This document shows, piece after piece, positions 28,085 to 41,250 of a stretch of 64,000 nt of DNA. Under the pieces are notes generated by a model, which ran no database searches, was not told the DNA's origin, and saw nothing but the letters and a program-made list of their open reading frames with translations. The DNA lies in the NCBI GenBank assembly GCA_964016885.1, contig OZ024742.1, positions 186,434,001 through 186,498,000 of the forward strand. Reading direction: 5' to 3'. Source of the stretch: Eledone cirrhosa. Its lineage: Eukaryota. Made by a program: the position numbers and the translations under genes. Position 1 is the first letter of the stretch; every line of letters begins with the position of its first letter.

Positions 28085-30264
28085 TGTACGGGAATTTTGT
28101 TTGTAACCCAATATATTGTATTTTAGTCACAGCGCTCAAACGCTGATTGGTCATTCTCTGATTTGATTGGATAACAGCTGCAATGGTCAATTTCTTATGT
28201 GTTAGTATTTGGGTTTAGATGACATCTATTGTTTTAGAGTGGACTCAGACATAACTGCGTGGTTAAGAACTTTGTTTTGTACTACCGACCCCTGATTTTG
28301 ACCCCACTACGTGGCGTCTTAGGGTGAGTCTATTTCCATAGCCACAGTTAGAGGTAAATCGTGTCAGTGAAACTGAGTAGGGAGAAACAGCATGGAACCC
28401 CCTCGGTTAGTACACTCTTGTCACATAGCGCACCAGGCTGGTTCGGCTTGGTAATTGTGTCAAGGGAACACGTGCCTGTGGAATGCTCAGCCATCAACAT
28501 ATTAATCCATGAGTTTGACGGTTTGTTAATCGAACAACTGAATGCATATGGTCGAAACCTTTATACTCATCACACCCATCAGCGCTACCAGCACACTCAC
28601 AGTAGCATCACCACCAGCACCACAAGCAGTACCCCGAGTAGCATCACCAACTACAGCAACACCACCACCATCGCTACTACTATGAACACCACTGCCGTCA
28701 TCACCACAATCCCCATCACCACAAGCGTCACCATCCCCCAAATCATCAACATCATCCCCACCATCATTGCCACCATCATTACCACTACTACTATCAATAT
28801 CATCACCACCACCGGCACCACTAGGACCACACCTCCACCACCTCACTACCAACCCATCACCACCACCACATCACCACCACTACCTCACCACCACCACCTC
28901 ACTACCACCACCATCACCACCATCCCATTACCACCACCACCTCACTACCACCACCATCACCACCATCCCATTACTACCACCACCACCACCTCACCACCAC
29001 CACCACCTCACCACCACTACCTCACTACCACCACCATTACTACCACCACCACCCCATCATCACCACCACCACCACCACCACCACCTCACCACGACTATCA
29101 CCATGTATCACACAGGCATTGACAAAACATACAGTTATGAAGTAGATATCTCCGAGCTAATCTCGGATGCCCTGAAACAACAATGGATTGACGCTAGCCT
29201 TTCCTCCTTGACGTAACTCAGGTCAATAACTCCTGAAAGCATCATAATCGTTACCATCTCTATCAGTTCCAAAGCAACGTCAAAGAAGTAAACATCAACA
29301 TTGACTTGAAACATCAAAATTATCTCAATTGATCTTAACCTGTCTAAACAAGATGGCGCCTTATTTTGAGATCCAATACTTAAAACCTATGAGATGTGTT
29401 TCTATCGCTTTACATTCTGTTTGAATTATTCATATTTTTCAAATCATGATATCATTTTGAAACAAAAACAAGAACAAAACGACATTAGGTAGATACAGTC
29501 TCACAACTATAAGATGGCACTCTGCCTCAGTACGTTATCGTTTTCAAAACTGACAAATAACTGGATACTTTAGATGGTAAATGGAACAGTGAATTGAAGG
29601 GATTGTTAAAAAGTCGGATGGGATATTTTGCAATATCTGTTCCGCTTTTGTGCATTCCGAGTTCAATTCCTAACTCCTGTCATTGGAAAATTTGTGACAC
29701 TTTTGTCAGGAGTTGTGACAGGCAGATAGTATCAGCAATGGAAAGAAAGACCAAAGGAAATAGTTTCCTTCGTTTGAGCTGACGACTAACTTTTTTCCTT
29801 TTCAAAGATAGTCGGGCTTTCATAATTCAGGCCACAGAAATAATGAATTTCCCTTGAAAACGCGGGACCTAGTAGTTAGGGTGTTAATCCAAAAGTCGTA
29901 GGTTCGTTCCTCTGACAAGGAGATGTATTGCGTCCTTGAGCAAAGTATTTTATTTCACGTTACACCATTCCACTCAGTTACAGATGAAGGTTAAATTTCC
30001 GACGAACTGGCACTGACCCCTCTTGAAACCAGGATAAGCTCCAGCTGATGAGCTTCTAGGCTAAAGAAAGGCTGGTTCTTAAAGAGTTTCATAAAAATAT
30101 AAAGCTGGATTACAGGACACTTGTTCAAGTAAAAGGCGCTAGTTTTGTCCTAGGGTAATTATTATAACTGATTATGTGAAGCTCATGGCTTAGTGGTTAG
30201 AGTATTTGACTCACGATCATAAGGTTGTTAGTTCGATTGCAGCGCGTTGTGTCCTTCATCTGAC

Positions 30265-31100
30265 TAACGAACCAACAAACAAACCAGCCGACTGACCAAC
30301 CAAACAATCAACCAACCAACCAATCAACTTCCTGACAATCCAACTAGCCAAGCATCTGACCAACCATCCAATCAACCAACCATCCAGCCAATCAACGAAC
30401 TTGGTGACCATCCAACCAGCCAAGCATCCAGCCAACCATTCAACCAGCCAGCCAACCATCCAACCAACAAACCAACCAGCCAGCCAATCAACCAACTTGG
30501 TGACCATCCAACCATCCAACCAACCACCCAACCAACCGACCAACCACCCATCCAGCCAACCAACCAACCAGTCAACTAACCAACCATCCAAACATCCAAC
30601 CAACCACCCAACCAACCGACCAACCACCCAACCACCCATCCAACCAACCAGCCAACCATCCAATCAACCATCCAACCAACCACCCAACCAACTAACCAAC
30701 AAAGCAACCAACCAACTAACCAAACAACCAGCCAACCACCCAGCTAACTACCCAACCAACGAACCAACCACCAACCATCCAATCAACCATCTAACCATCC
30801 ACCCAACCATCCAACAAACCATGCAACCAGCCAACAAACCATGCAACCAACCAACCAAACAATCAACCATCCAACCAACTATCTAACCAACCAATCAGCC
30901 AACCAGTCAACCAGCCAACCAACCAAGCACCCAAGCACCCAACCAGCCAACCAGCCAAACAACCAACCATCCAACCATCCAACCAACCAACCAACCAACC
31001 AACCAACCAACCAACCAACCAACCAACCAACCAACCAACCAACCAACCAACCAACAACCAGCCAACCAACCAACCAACCAACCAACCAACCAACCAACCA
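30265..31100. repeat. Degenerate (CCAA)n tetranucleotide satellite
   Basis: Seen directly; the WLVG/QPTN ORFs are artefacts. Confidence 0.95.
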
Positions 31101-31111
31101 GAGTTAGATAG

Positions 31112-31303
31112 ATAATTGTTTCTACTTTAGGCACAAGGCCAGCAATTACCCAGTGCATTACTGGTACTTTATTTTATCGACCCCCGTAAGGATGAAAGGC
31201 AAAGTCAACCTCGGCGGGATTTGAACTCAGATCGTAAAGGGACGTAACTATGCTGGAAAGCATGGCGTCCGATCCTCTACCGATACTGCCAATCCACCGC
31301 CCT
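31112..31303 (-). mobile_element. Full-length SINE (main family) with TSD
   Basis: Direct repeat AGAGTTAGATAGATAA at 31100 and 31305. Confidence 0.9.
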
Positions 31304-31344
31304 TAGAGTTAGATAGATAATAATACATATATATATATATATAT

Positions 31345-31715
31345 ATATTGGTAAACGGAATAGAAAATGCTGACAAATTGTTCACAGTTGAAAAATGGTT
31401 TAATTAGGAATAAAAGAGTATTAGTAATTGTATGGGTTAGTATTCAGTTGTGGTTTTAAGTTTTTAAGTTTTTACCGGTTGCGCATTTCTAAATGCTTTT
31501 CAAAAATAATTTTGAGATAGAGTGTCCGTGCTGTTTGCTCTGATCTGATTAGTTTTGGGAATTCTACCTGTTTTTATGTTAAAAAAATGGCTCCAGCGTT
31601 ATTTTTGTGTTGCAAAAATGCTTGTGGTCAAAACAATTTTGATTGGTCGGTAGAGGTCATGTGAATGTAAAAAGTTGATTTTGCGCCAAGACTGTTTTTA
31701 TGTTAAAATTTTATG

Positions 31716-31777
<62 letters not shown>

Positions 31778-31950
31778 TAAAAAGGAAAAGAAAATGCTGA
31801 CAAATTTTTCTCAGTGAAAAATAGTTTAATTAGGAATAAGTATAAATTAGTAATAAGTATTGGTTAGTATTCAGTTTTAGTTTTAAGTTTTTACCGGTTG
31901 CGCATTTTTAATGCTTTTCAAAAATAATTTTGAGATAGAGCGCTCGTGAT
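31345..31950 (-). mobile_element. Two diverged tandem copies of a PLE pLTR-like fragment with HHR-like motif
   Basis: 31345-31540 and 31772-31950; TTT-TTGAAAA-GCAT..ATGC-GCAA-CCGG-TA-AAA at 31469-31506 and 31888-31924. Confidence 0.55.
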
Positions 31951-31995
31951 GTTTTCTCTCTCTCTCTCTCTATATATATATATACATATATAAAC

Positions 31996-32534
31996 AAATA
32001 GTAGAGAAGAAAAAGATTTTTTCAGTAGAAAATGCTGAAGAGATTCTTTCAGTATAATATCAAAACATTTATTTATAAAGTGGATATTTCCGCATTTAAT
32101 AATGGTACCGGTTTCACCATTATATGCTTTTTCAACTGTGGATATGCATAATGTATTTATGTTGCATATTTATACGAATAATAAAAAGGGAAAGAAAAAT
32201 TATTAGTTTTTAAATATTTAGAGAGGAGAGTTCATATCTCTGTCCATATTTGTCCTTCGTCCTCTGTAAATTGGACAAACACAAACAGAGATATGAACTC
32301 TCCTCTCTAAATATATATGTAAAAACTAATAATTTTTCTTCCCCTTTTTATCATTCGTATAAATATGCAACATAACTACATTATGTATATCCGCAGCTGA
32401 AAAAGCATATAATGCTGAAACCGGTATTATTAAATGTGGGAAGATCCACTTTATAAATAAATGTTTTAATATTATACTGAAAGAATCTCTTCAGCATTTT
32501 CTACTGAAAAAAATCTTTATCCTCTCTACTATTT
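31996..32534. mobile_element. Fold-back element with ~250-bp diverged arms and U3-A8-type HHR motifs
   Basis: Arms ~31996-32243 / 32285-32534; YTGAAAA-AGCAT-ATA-ATGST-GAAA-CCGG-TA at 32101-32140 (-) and 32391-32440 (+). Confidence 0.8.
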
Positions 32535-32589
32535 CTTTTTATATATATCAACTAGTGTGCTACTTTTCTACATTCCATATATATATATA

Positions 32590-32730
32590 TAAGTTTGTCC
32601 CGGGTTCAATCGAGGGTAACCACAGTAAGTAAGGTACTCAATACATAGCAGAGTATAAATATTTAATATAGAAATGACTTCTGCATGACTAGAACTGTTT
32701 CACTCGGGAAAAATAATCAGGAAGCCCATC
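32590..32730 (-). mobile_element. Family C HHR fragment (decayed core) with tail
   Basis: GGCTTC-CTGATTA-..-GAAACAG..-GAAGTC at 32676-32726; hairpin at 32633-32654. Confidence 0.7.
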
Positions 32731-33278
32731 ATATATATATAAAAGAATATGAATTTTTTTTTTAAATAGAAAACGAGATGTTTTACAAAAGTGAAAGTAT
32801 AAGGAAAAGAAATCGAAAATGCAACTGGAGTCTTTTGAAGCATATTTATTTCCTTTACTGGTTTCAGAGTTCTTATGCTTTTCAAAAGTATAATTGAGAT
32901 GGAAGGTTTGTGGTTGGTCTCGCAACTGGTTCGTGTTCGAAAGTTCTTTCTATTTTATGTGGAAAGAGTGGCTCGAATTGCTGTTTTTTTTACAAAAGTT
33001 ATTTGGTTGGTTGATGACTGTCACGTGAATAAGAAAAATATATTTCGTGCCAGTTCGTGTTGTATTTGCCTTAAAATATGCTTCAAATTATTGTTTTTTA
33101 TAAGTATAATTTGGTTGGTTGATGACTGTCACGGGAATAAGTAGATCAAATTTCGTGCCAGCTCGTGTTTGAGGGTTCTTTAGTACCATTTTAATGGTTA
33201 GACAGTCACATAATTGGCCATATAATATAGGTGCCAGAAAAGAATAGTTTTTCACAGAAAGTTTTGTGCCGAAAAAAG

Positions 33279-33699
33279 ATAATTGTTTCTACTTTAGGCA
33301 CAAGGCCAGCAATTACCCAGTACATTACTGGTACTTTATTTTATCGATCCCGTAAGGATGAAAGGCAAAGTTAACCTCGGCGGGATTTGAACTCAGACTC
33401 TAAAGGGACGTAACTGTGCTAGAAAGCATGGCGTCCAACCCTCTACCGATACTGCCAAAAAGGTAGTTGTTTCTACTTTAGGCACAAGGCCAGCAATTAC
33501 CCAGTACATTACTGGTACTTTATAAAAAAGATAATTGTTTCTACTTTTGGCACAAGGCCAGCAATTACCCAGTGTATTACTGGTACTTTATTTTATCGAC
33601 CCCATAAGGATGAAAGGCAAAGTTAACCTCGGCGGGATTTGAACTCAGAATGGCAAGGGCCGTAACTCTATGCGTCAAAGCATGGCGTCCGACCCTCTA
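33279..33699 (-). mobile_element. Tandem cluster of main-family SINEs (two long, one short)
   Basis: 33279-33457, 33466-33522 and 33531-33699. Confidence 0.9.
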
Positions 33700-33868
33700 A
33701 ATGGTCAGGAAATAGGAGAGGTAGAAATAGTTCTAGTTCAGTGAGTATGGCTGATGTCGTGGTGAGGTGTCAAAATTCAGACTTTCTATTGAAACAAATT
33801 GAAAGTTTATGTCGATAGTGGTGGCGGCGGTGATCGTGGTGGCAGGAAGAAAAGAGAAATATACTTTT

Positions 33869-33908
<40 letters not shown>

Positions 33909-34099
33909 CTATGGTTAGCATGTTAAAGTATTCAAATATTAACGTATGTTAAAGTATATTTAGCTCTGGTCTTTTATTTTCGAATATAGAGAAGGGTGTT
34001 ATGTGTGTGTGGATGGTTAGCATGTTATGGCGTTAACATATTAACGTATATTAAACTATATTTAATGCTGTCTATATTTTTGAATAAACATATTTTCCT

Positions 34100-34812
34100 T
34101 ATTTATTCGTATTTGGTCTGTTGTATTGTTAGTGCAAAGATAAAGTCGGAAGACTTAGAATTTGGGTGTCTTATTGTTTGCACATATGTCTAGATGTCCA
34201 CTGAGTGGTATCTGTCTTGTGGTAGGGACTCGTAATTGTTGGCAATGAATTGTCATTCTGTTTCTGTGGGTGAGTTTAGTTTCCCCTATATAATCTTCAT
34301 TACATCATTTACATTTTAATGGCATTAATAAAATTTTTTGATGAGCAAGTGAAATGATTTTTTACAACATTTTGTCCCGATTGAAATCTATACATTGTGC
34401 CTTCAATGAGGTGAGTGCAAGTTCCGCAATTAGAGCGACCACATTTTTTGACAGTTGGTTTTGGGTTCTTGGTGTGTAATTGGGCATTGGTGAGTAATGT
34501 TTTTAGTGATTTAGGTTGTCTTTTGCTTTTGATTATTTTGTGTGTTTCAAGTACATTTTTTCATTCTTGGGTCTTGTTTCAATAGTGAGATGTTCTTGTG
34601 AATAATGTTGTATGCTTCCGTATTTCTTGGGTTGTGTGTTGAGATATATGATAGAATATTGGACGTACATTGAGTTTGTTTCGGTTTTCCTAATTCTTCA
34701 AAAGCTATTGTTTTAGTCCTTTCTATTCCATTATCTATTAATGGTACTGTCTTTCGAGTAAAATTTCCTTTAATTCTTGAAGTCTTTTTTTCCGCGTTTC
34801 ATAACTGGAGAC
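34100..34812 (-). pseudogene. Penelope-like element C-terminal linker plus GIY-YIG endonuclease remnant (Neptune-like)
   Basis: [75 protein letters not shown], with frameshifts and stops. Confidence 0.85.
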
Positions 34813-34879
34813 AATTGTGCAAATTCTTATATATATATATAAGAATATGTATGTGTATATATATATATATATATATATT

Positions 34880-34978
<99 letters not shown>

Positions 34979-35027
34979 TTATATATATATATATATATAT
35001 TCTTATATATATATATATATATATATT

Positions 35028-35109
<82 letters not shown>

Positions 35110-35334
35110 AGAATATGTATGTATATATATATATATATATACAAAATGATATGAAACGAAAGGATTTGTGTGGTTACTAAAAACAAGGTTTAGGATTATG
35201 GTTAGGACGGAACAAGAGGAGAAAGGAAGAAAGCAGTTTCCTTCGTCAGCTGTAAATGTTTCCCGATCCGATGTTTCGGCGCTGAATTACAGGATATCGG
35301 TGGAGTTCGGGTGCGCCCGAGGCCTTTTATTAAT

Positions 35335-35376
<42 letters not shown>

Positions 35377-35589
35377 GGGAGAGGGAGAGGGAGGGAGAGA
35401 GAGAAGGTGGAATTGGAAATAGCACGGAAAATATACTTAAGGAGGTGTTTTTCTTTTTTTTAAAGTGACATTATTGAAAAAATTAGAGGGACAATTCTTT
35501 TAAAATATATATAAAATATATAAACTATAATCACTGTTTTGTATAGAACCTTACTCCCTTTTCAAATATATATATATATATTTATTTAT

Positions 35590-36132
35590 TTGAAGGTTCA
35601 CCACTGGATAGAGCTAGTCATTCCGTATGGTCAATCTTGATGTAATAATATGGAGAGTACTCAACGTAAAGCACCTCAACCGTCTTCGTTTGTGTAGTTG
35701 GTGGTGCGAGTACGGAGTTAAATATTATAATAAAATAACAGGAGGCTGGACTTGTGTAATAAAATAACAGTAGGCTGGACTTGTGAGGCTGGACTTTATT
35801 ATACTATGATCATTTCAATGACCGGGTTCCGTATGAATCCGGTGATATCATCAGGTATTCGAAATATAACAAATGAATGTAACAGATAAAATCCATGGGG
35901 CTGAAAATCATAGACCCGAGGACGACCGACCATCTAGCATCTTTCACTTTAGCCGGTCGCCCTCAAGTGGATTTTATCTGTTACATTCATTTGTTATATT
36001 CATTTGTTATATTTCGAATACCTGATGATATCACCGGATCCATACGGAACCCGGTCATTGAAATGATCATAATATAATAAACCTTTCAAGTATTTACACA
36101 AGTCCAGCCTCCTGTTATTTTATTATAATATT
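35590..36132. mobile_element. Fold-back HHR element, family D, with tail
   Basis: Arms ~35721-35895 / 35968-36132; HHR at 35801-35858 (-) and 36018-36075 (+): ATAC-CTGATGA-..ACCGG..CCGGT..-GAAA-TGATCA-TA-GTAT; tail 35590-35720. Confidence 0.85.
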
Positions 36133-36133
36133 C

Positions 36134-36319
36134 GGTGGATTGGCAGTATCGGTAGAGAGTCGGACACCATACTTTGAAGCATAGAGTTACGTCCATTTAT
36201 AATCTGAGTTCAAATCCCGCCGAGGTTAATTTGCCTTTCATCCTTACGGGGTCGATAAAATAAAGTATAAGTAATGTACTGGGTAATTGCTGGCCTTGTG
36301 CCTAAAATAGAAACAATTA

Positions 36320-36320
<1 letters not shown>
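36134..36320 (+). mobile_element. SINE (main family)
   Basis: A-box TGGCAGTATCGG, B-box GAGTTCAAATCC, complete tail. Confidence 0.9.
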
Positions 36321-36374
<54 letters not shown>

Positions 36375-36670
36375 ATAAGTATATAAATATACACATACAA
36401 AACATACACAAAAATATATATCAACACATGCAAACGTATATATTTGAAATTTAAACTCGAAATATTATTTTACAAACCAGTTTCATAATAGAGAAGTAAA
36501 TAAAACAAAAACAGAATCATACATACACACACAAACATATATATATATGTTTATATTATATATATACACACATACGCACACACGCACACAGACACATACA
36601 ACACGCACACATATATATATTATACATATATACATACATATATATGCACACACACATATGTATAAATATA

Positions 36671-36821
<151 letters not shown>

Positions 36822-37045
36822 GAATATATATAACAACTAATTAATAATTTTTTATACCGTCTGATATATATTTGAAACTAAGTCTTTTATAAAAGGCAAA
36901 TAAATAAAGCAAGAAAATATGAAATAATTGAATAAAGAAAGAGGTGAATAGATAAATATTTAGTTTGTGTTTGGCCATTACTCATGGTTGAACTTGATCC
37001 CCGCACACCTCGACCGTCTGTGTGTGTGTCTGTCTATATATAAAC

Positions 37046-37111
<66 letters not shown>

Positions 37112-37151
37112 TGACACACACACACACATACACACATAAATGTATGTATAC

Positions 37152-37185
<34 letters not shown>

Positions 37186-37188
<3 letters not shown>

Positions 37189-37419
37189 ACGAAGGAAATG
37201 TGGTAAGGAACCCGATGGACCATAACGCACCCAAGTACTCAATACTTAGGGTAGTAGAGTGGGTAATAGGAACGAGTAGGACCCCGACGGCTGAGCTCAA
37301 GCCGTTTCGACGGCTAATTCTGGACTAAATGAAATTTTTTATCCTGTATAAAAATTTTCATTTAGTCCAGAATTAGCCGTCGAAACGGCTTGAGCTCAGC
37401 CGTCGGGGTCCTACTCGTT

Positions 37420-37424
<5 letters not shown>
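37186..37424. mobile_element. Family B fold-back (half-hammerhead arms plus tail)
   Basis: Arms 37266-37342 / 37348-37424; tail 37186-37265; homologous to 8258-8383. Confidence 0.88.
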
Positions 37425-37460
<36 letters not shown>

Positions 37461-37465
<5 letters not shown>

Positions 37466-37735
37466 GGAGGTGAGTTTTATTGTAGTACAATAAAGCAATG
37501 CAGATATCGGATAAGAAGCACTCTACAGTTTGTAGGACTGGAGTATACATAATATATAAGAACAAAAGATGTTGATTTAAAACTGAACTATCCACAAGTG
37601 TTTTTTAACCTTCATATCATGTCCTCCTGTTTTATCTGATGAAAACACAAATATTATTGCATGATGATATTTGTTTTTGAAATGCGCATAATAAAATACA
37701 TGGAACTCTTTTAACCATCTTTTGTTCTTATATAT
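37461..37735. mobile_element. Family A fold-back, copy 2, with an intact HHR at 37630-37696 (+)
   Basis: Reverse complement of 3242-3650 with the tail-bearing arm reduced to ~20 bp. Confidence 0.88.
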
Positions 37736-37892
37736 ATATATATATATTGTTATACTTTGGGAGGGTCATGTTGCCAATAAGAAACACACGCACGAGTGCT
37801 TTCACTTCAATTTATTATATATTTATAAATTTATAAATTTATAAATTTCTGGTTGGTTGGTTGGTTCCACCACCAGATAGTTGTTTATATAT

Positions 37893-37937
37893 AGTCATAG
37901 TTCTTTCGTCACACACTCTGTGACCTCTTCAGTGACT
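37893..37937 (-). ncRNA. Type I hammerhead in the PLE 3' UTR
   Basis: AGTCA-CTGAAGA-G-GTCACA-GAGTG-TGTGAC-GAAA-GAAC-TA-TGACT. Confidence 0.85.
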
Positions 37938-38137
37938 GGGGATTCCTTTCTTTGTTTCTGTGCCTCTCCTTTGTTCTGTCCTACGCCATTTTGTTTCTGT
38001 GTGTGTGTTGTGTGCTCAGTCTGCGCATGCGCCACATCCGGGTGTCTGTGTGTGTTTATGTTCATTTATTTATTTGTTTATTTACATGTTACTGGTTGGT
38101 TGTTTGTTCTATGTGTGTGTGTGTTTTCATTTTGTCC

Positions 38138-40682
38138 TTAATTGTAAGTTGTGATGTCGCTGTTCCACTCATATTTTCTATTTAATTTTGGTTGTAATTC
38201 TTTTATGTTTATTGCCTCTGTAATTTGTCTAAACATTGCGTCTTTTCTCTGTGTAGATTCTATTTTTATTTCTATATTCTCTAATTTACCCTTGTGTTCT
38301 ATTTTAGCATGTTAGTAGAGTACAGATGATTCTTTATTATCTTGAAGGTCTCGCCAGTGTTCATTTATCCGTTCCCCTACACTACGAGCTCTCTCACCTA
38401 TGTACACTATATTTTTGTCTCTACATTGTCCTTCAGTACATCTCATGCTATACACTACATTTTTAGTTTTACAGTTAATATGGGGGCTTATTTTACAGAT
38501 TATACATTTCTTATCTATACATGAGGGTCTTTGAAAAGGGTATGTCTTGCTAATAAGTGTTTTTACGGAGGTACCTGGTCTTTCTACTATCTTAATATTG
38601 AGTTTATGTTTATTTAGGGCCCTTCTAAATTTGTAAGCTAATTCATCTCTAGGGGTTGTATCGATGAACATTACACTCTGGTATTTATTGTTATCATACC
38701 ATGAGTTTATTCTATTAGCCTTATTCCTAGTTCTTTCTATTCTATTCCAAAATTTGCTCCTATACAAGGGGCAGGTACCATTTATGTCATTATTTACCAA
38801 TTTTTCCCATTTGGTTCTGGCTCCTCTATACACTCTGATTTTATCTCTCTGATTGTAGCCAGAGAACTGCATACGGTGGATGAAGTGTTGTATGTGTCTC
38901 TCTAGTTCTTCGGGGGTGCACATGCGGGACACATTTCTCATCACCCGTACCAAATCCGCAATCAGTATGTTGATTTTGGTATGGTCCGAAATGGCCGAGT
39001 TTTGGTGGATCAGATGTTTGGAAGTAATGGGAATGGAGGATTTGTTTTTTGTTGTTAATGGTATCTAGCCAGAGCTCTGTGTCTAGTACAGGTAATCGAT
39101 GGTTGGGGTGTTTACTTGGGTAGTCTATAGTAACTCTAATGCTCTGGTGGATGGAGTTTGCTATTTGCTTGATGCTCTCCATTGTGTTTTTCTCTAGTTC
39201 CTGACTGTTCTCTAGTGGGGGTGTCTTAACTACGATGTTTATATCATCTACGTAGCGGGAGTACATTATCAGGGTTAAGGGGTCTTCTAATTGTTCTTTA
39301 AGTTTAAGTTTAAGTCTACTGTCCCACCATACCATGAATAAGTTAGCTATGTCGCCTGCAATGCTAACACCAATGGCTGCTCCTTCCTCTTGGGCATATG
39401 TTTTTCCATTAAATTTGAGCATATGTTCCTTAAGGGTTAGTTTTATGCTGGCCCCTACCGCATGTGCAATCATTTTCTTCAGTTCATCGTGGTTTTCGGG
39501 TGTCCGTATGGCTCTGGTCCACCCGTTCCATCTATCTGTGTGTGTTTTCTTGGCCATTGAGGTAATGGTAGGTGGTCTGCCTCTTGCTGGTCTTGTAGGG
39601 CACAGGTTGCTAAGGTCATATGTGTCTAGGTAATTATTACTATAGGTAAACTTAAATAGGAGTCCCAGCTCACTGGTGTCAATCCCACGGAACTCAACCT
39701 TGCTCTCACTGATCATTTCTACGCATTTCTCCACAGCAAAATCCACGTCAATAGATGGATACAGGGACACAACATCCATACTGCCTATTATGCAGTTTGT
39801 TATGTCCCAAGATCGGTTACCCACGCCAATTCTGCTGAGGAGGTCCTCCGTGCTGTCACATACATCTGGGGACATTTCAATGATGGGGCGTATAATCAGG
39901 GAGAGGAAGTAGGACAGTCTGTAGTTACTAGCAATGTTAGCTCCACAGACTGGCCGTGTTGGTGGTCCCGCGACAGGGTCACAGCCCGTTTTATGGTCTT
40001 TTCGAAGCCCATACAACGCCGGCACGTCATTGTTCCAGGCCTGGAAGTTGTTGGCAGTCCTTTTGTTGGGCTGCATTATATTCGTCCACATCACCATATG
40101 GGCATTGAGGGCTTTTTCTCTATCCTCATGCTCCTGTGGTGTTACCTCTCTTGTGTTAGTGATGTGGGGTTGCATTGCCTGGATGTAGTTTGGCAGGCTG
40201 TCAACCGACATTCTGCCAGACTTGTCTGTTGGAAAGCATGCTATCTCTCCATTACGTGAGCGCTGCATGAGCTTACGCAAGCCATTTGCAGATTTTTCTC
40301 CCAGTTGCTGGGTCTCCATTCTATTATGCTTCTTGCTATACTGTTCTATAATATTTCTAAGTTCGGATCTAGCTATACTAAATTGTGCTTCTGTTTGTTC
40401 ATCGACCTGCGACGGCAATTGCGTGCGTTTGTTAAATGGTAAAGTCGTGGCGTGGACTCGTCGCAGGTCGAATGATTTATCGGAGGGATTATAAAACGTA
40501 GAGTTCCAGGCTGCTGCTTTATGTGTACTAGTGCTATTGTTATTGTTAGTTATGTTGTTTCTATTTCTATTTCCACCAACAGCCTCATGGTTGTTTCTAT
40601 GTCTCTCATGATTACCCCTGTCTCTTTCCACTGGCTCATTGTTGTTATCTACCCTATTTGTGTGTCTGTGTATTCGTCTTGG
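38138..40682 (-). pseudogene. PLE reverse transcriptase plus C-terminal GIY-YIG endonuclease, disrupted
   Basis: TDKSG, LYGLRKDHK, TRPV, SMDVVSLYPSI, QEEGAAIG, YSRYVDD, LPVLD; EN NVVYSMRC..YIGERARSVGERINEH..H..RQITEA..LNRKYEW; one frameshift (~39025) and one TAA (38312-38314). Confidence 0.93.
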
Positions 40683-41197
40683 TTATTCTCTTTGTCCTTA
40701 GTCTCCCTTCTCCTTTTAATCCTATTACTTTCCCTTATTTCTGTGATTTCTGTGCTACTGTCATTACTTGTTTTCTGTGTCTGTGTGTTTGTTAAGATTG
40801 TGGTGGTGGTGAGAGGCATTGAATGCGTGTGTGTTGTTGTTGTTGATGTGTGCTGTTGTTGATGTGTGTTGTTGTTGTCTCCATGTGTGTTATTGTTGTT
40901 GTGTGTGTTGTTATTGTTGTTTGTGTCTGCGTGTCTGTTGTTGTTGTTTCTGGGTATGTTGTTATTGTTGTTGTTGTTGGTGTGTGTGTTGTTGTTATTG
41001 TTGTTTGTGTCTGTGTGTCTGTTGTTGTTGGGATGTGTGTTCTATATGTGTGTGCGTATATTGTTGCTTTTGTTTTTGTTTTTGAGGCTCCAGCGTAGTT
41101 TTGTAAATGATTGTAAATGATTTTTCTATTTCTGACAGTATATCGGTTTCAACACACGATTTCAGATAAAGAATCTTGCTAAACAAATTCAGAAACG

Positions 41198-41250
<53 letters not shown>

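Larger units (their letters stand above)
37746..40682 (-). mobile_element. Penelope-like retroelement, near full length (5' low-complexity region may extend to ~41200)
   Basis: RT-EN ORF plus a 3' UTR carrying an HHR and AATAAA; flanked by (AT)n. Confidence 0.9.

Noticed and set aside
30041-30075. CCAG-CTGATGA-GC..GAAA-GG-CTGG
   Set aside because: No NUH triplet or stem III; lies in a SINE tail.
35200-35252. CTGACGA on the minus strand
   Set aside because: No matching GAAA or stems downstream.
38312-38314. Recoded stop (selenocysteine) in the PLE endonuclease
   Set aside because: The codon is TAA, not TGA; most simply a nonsense mutation.
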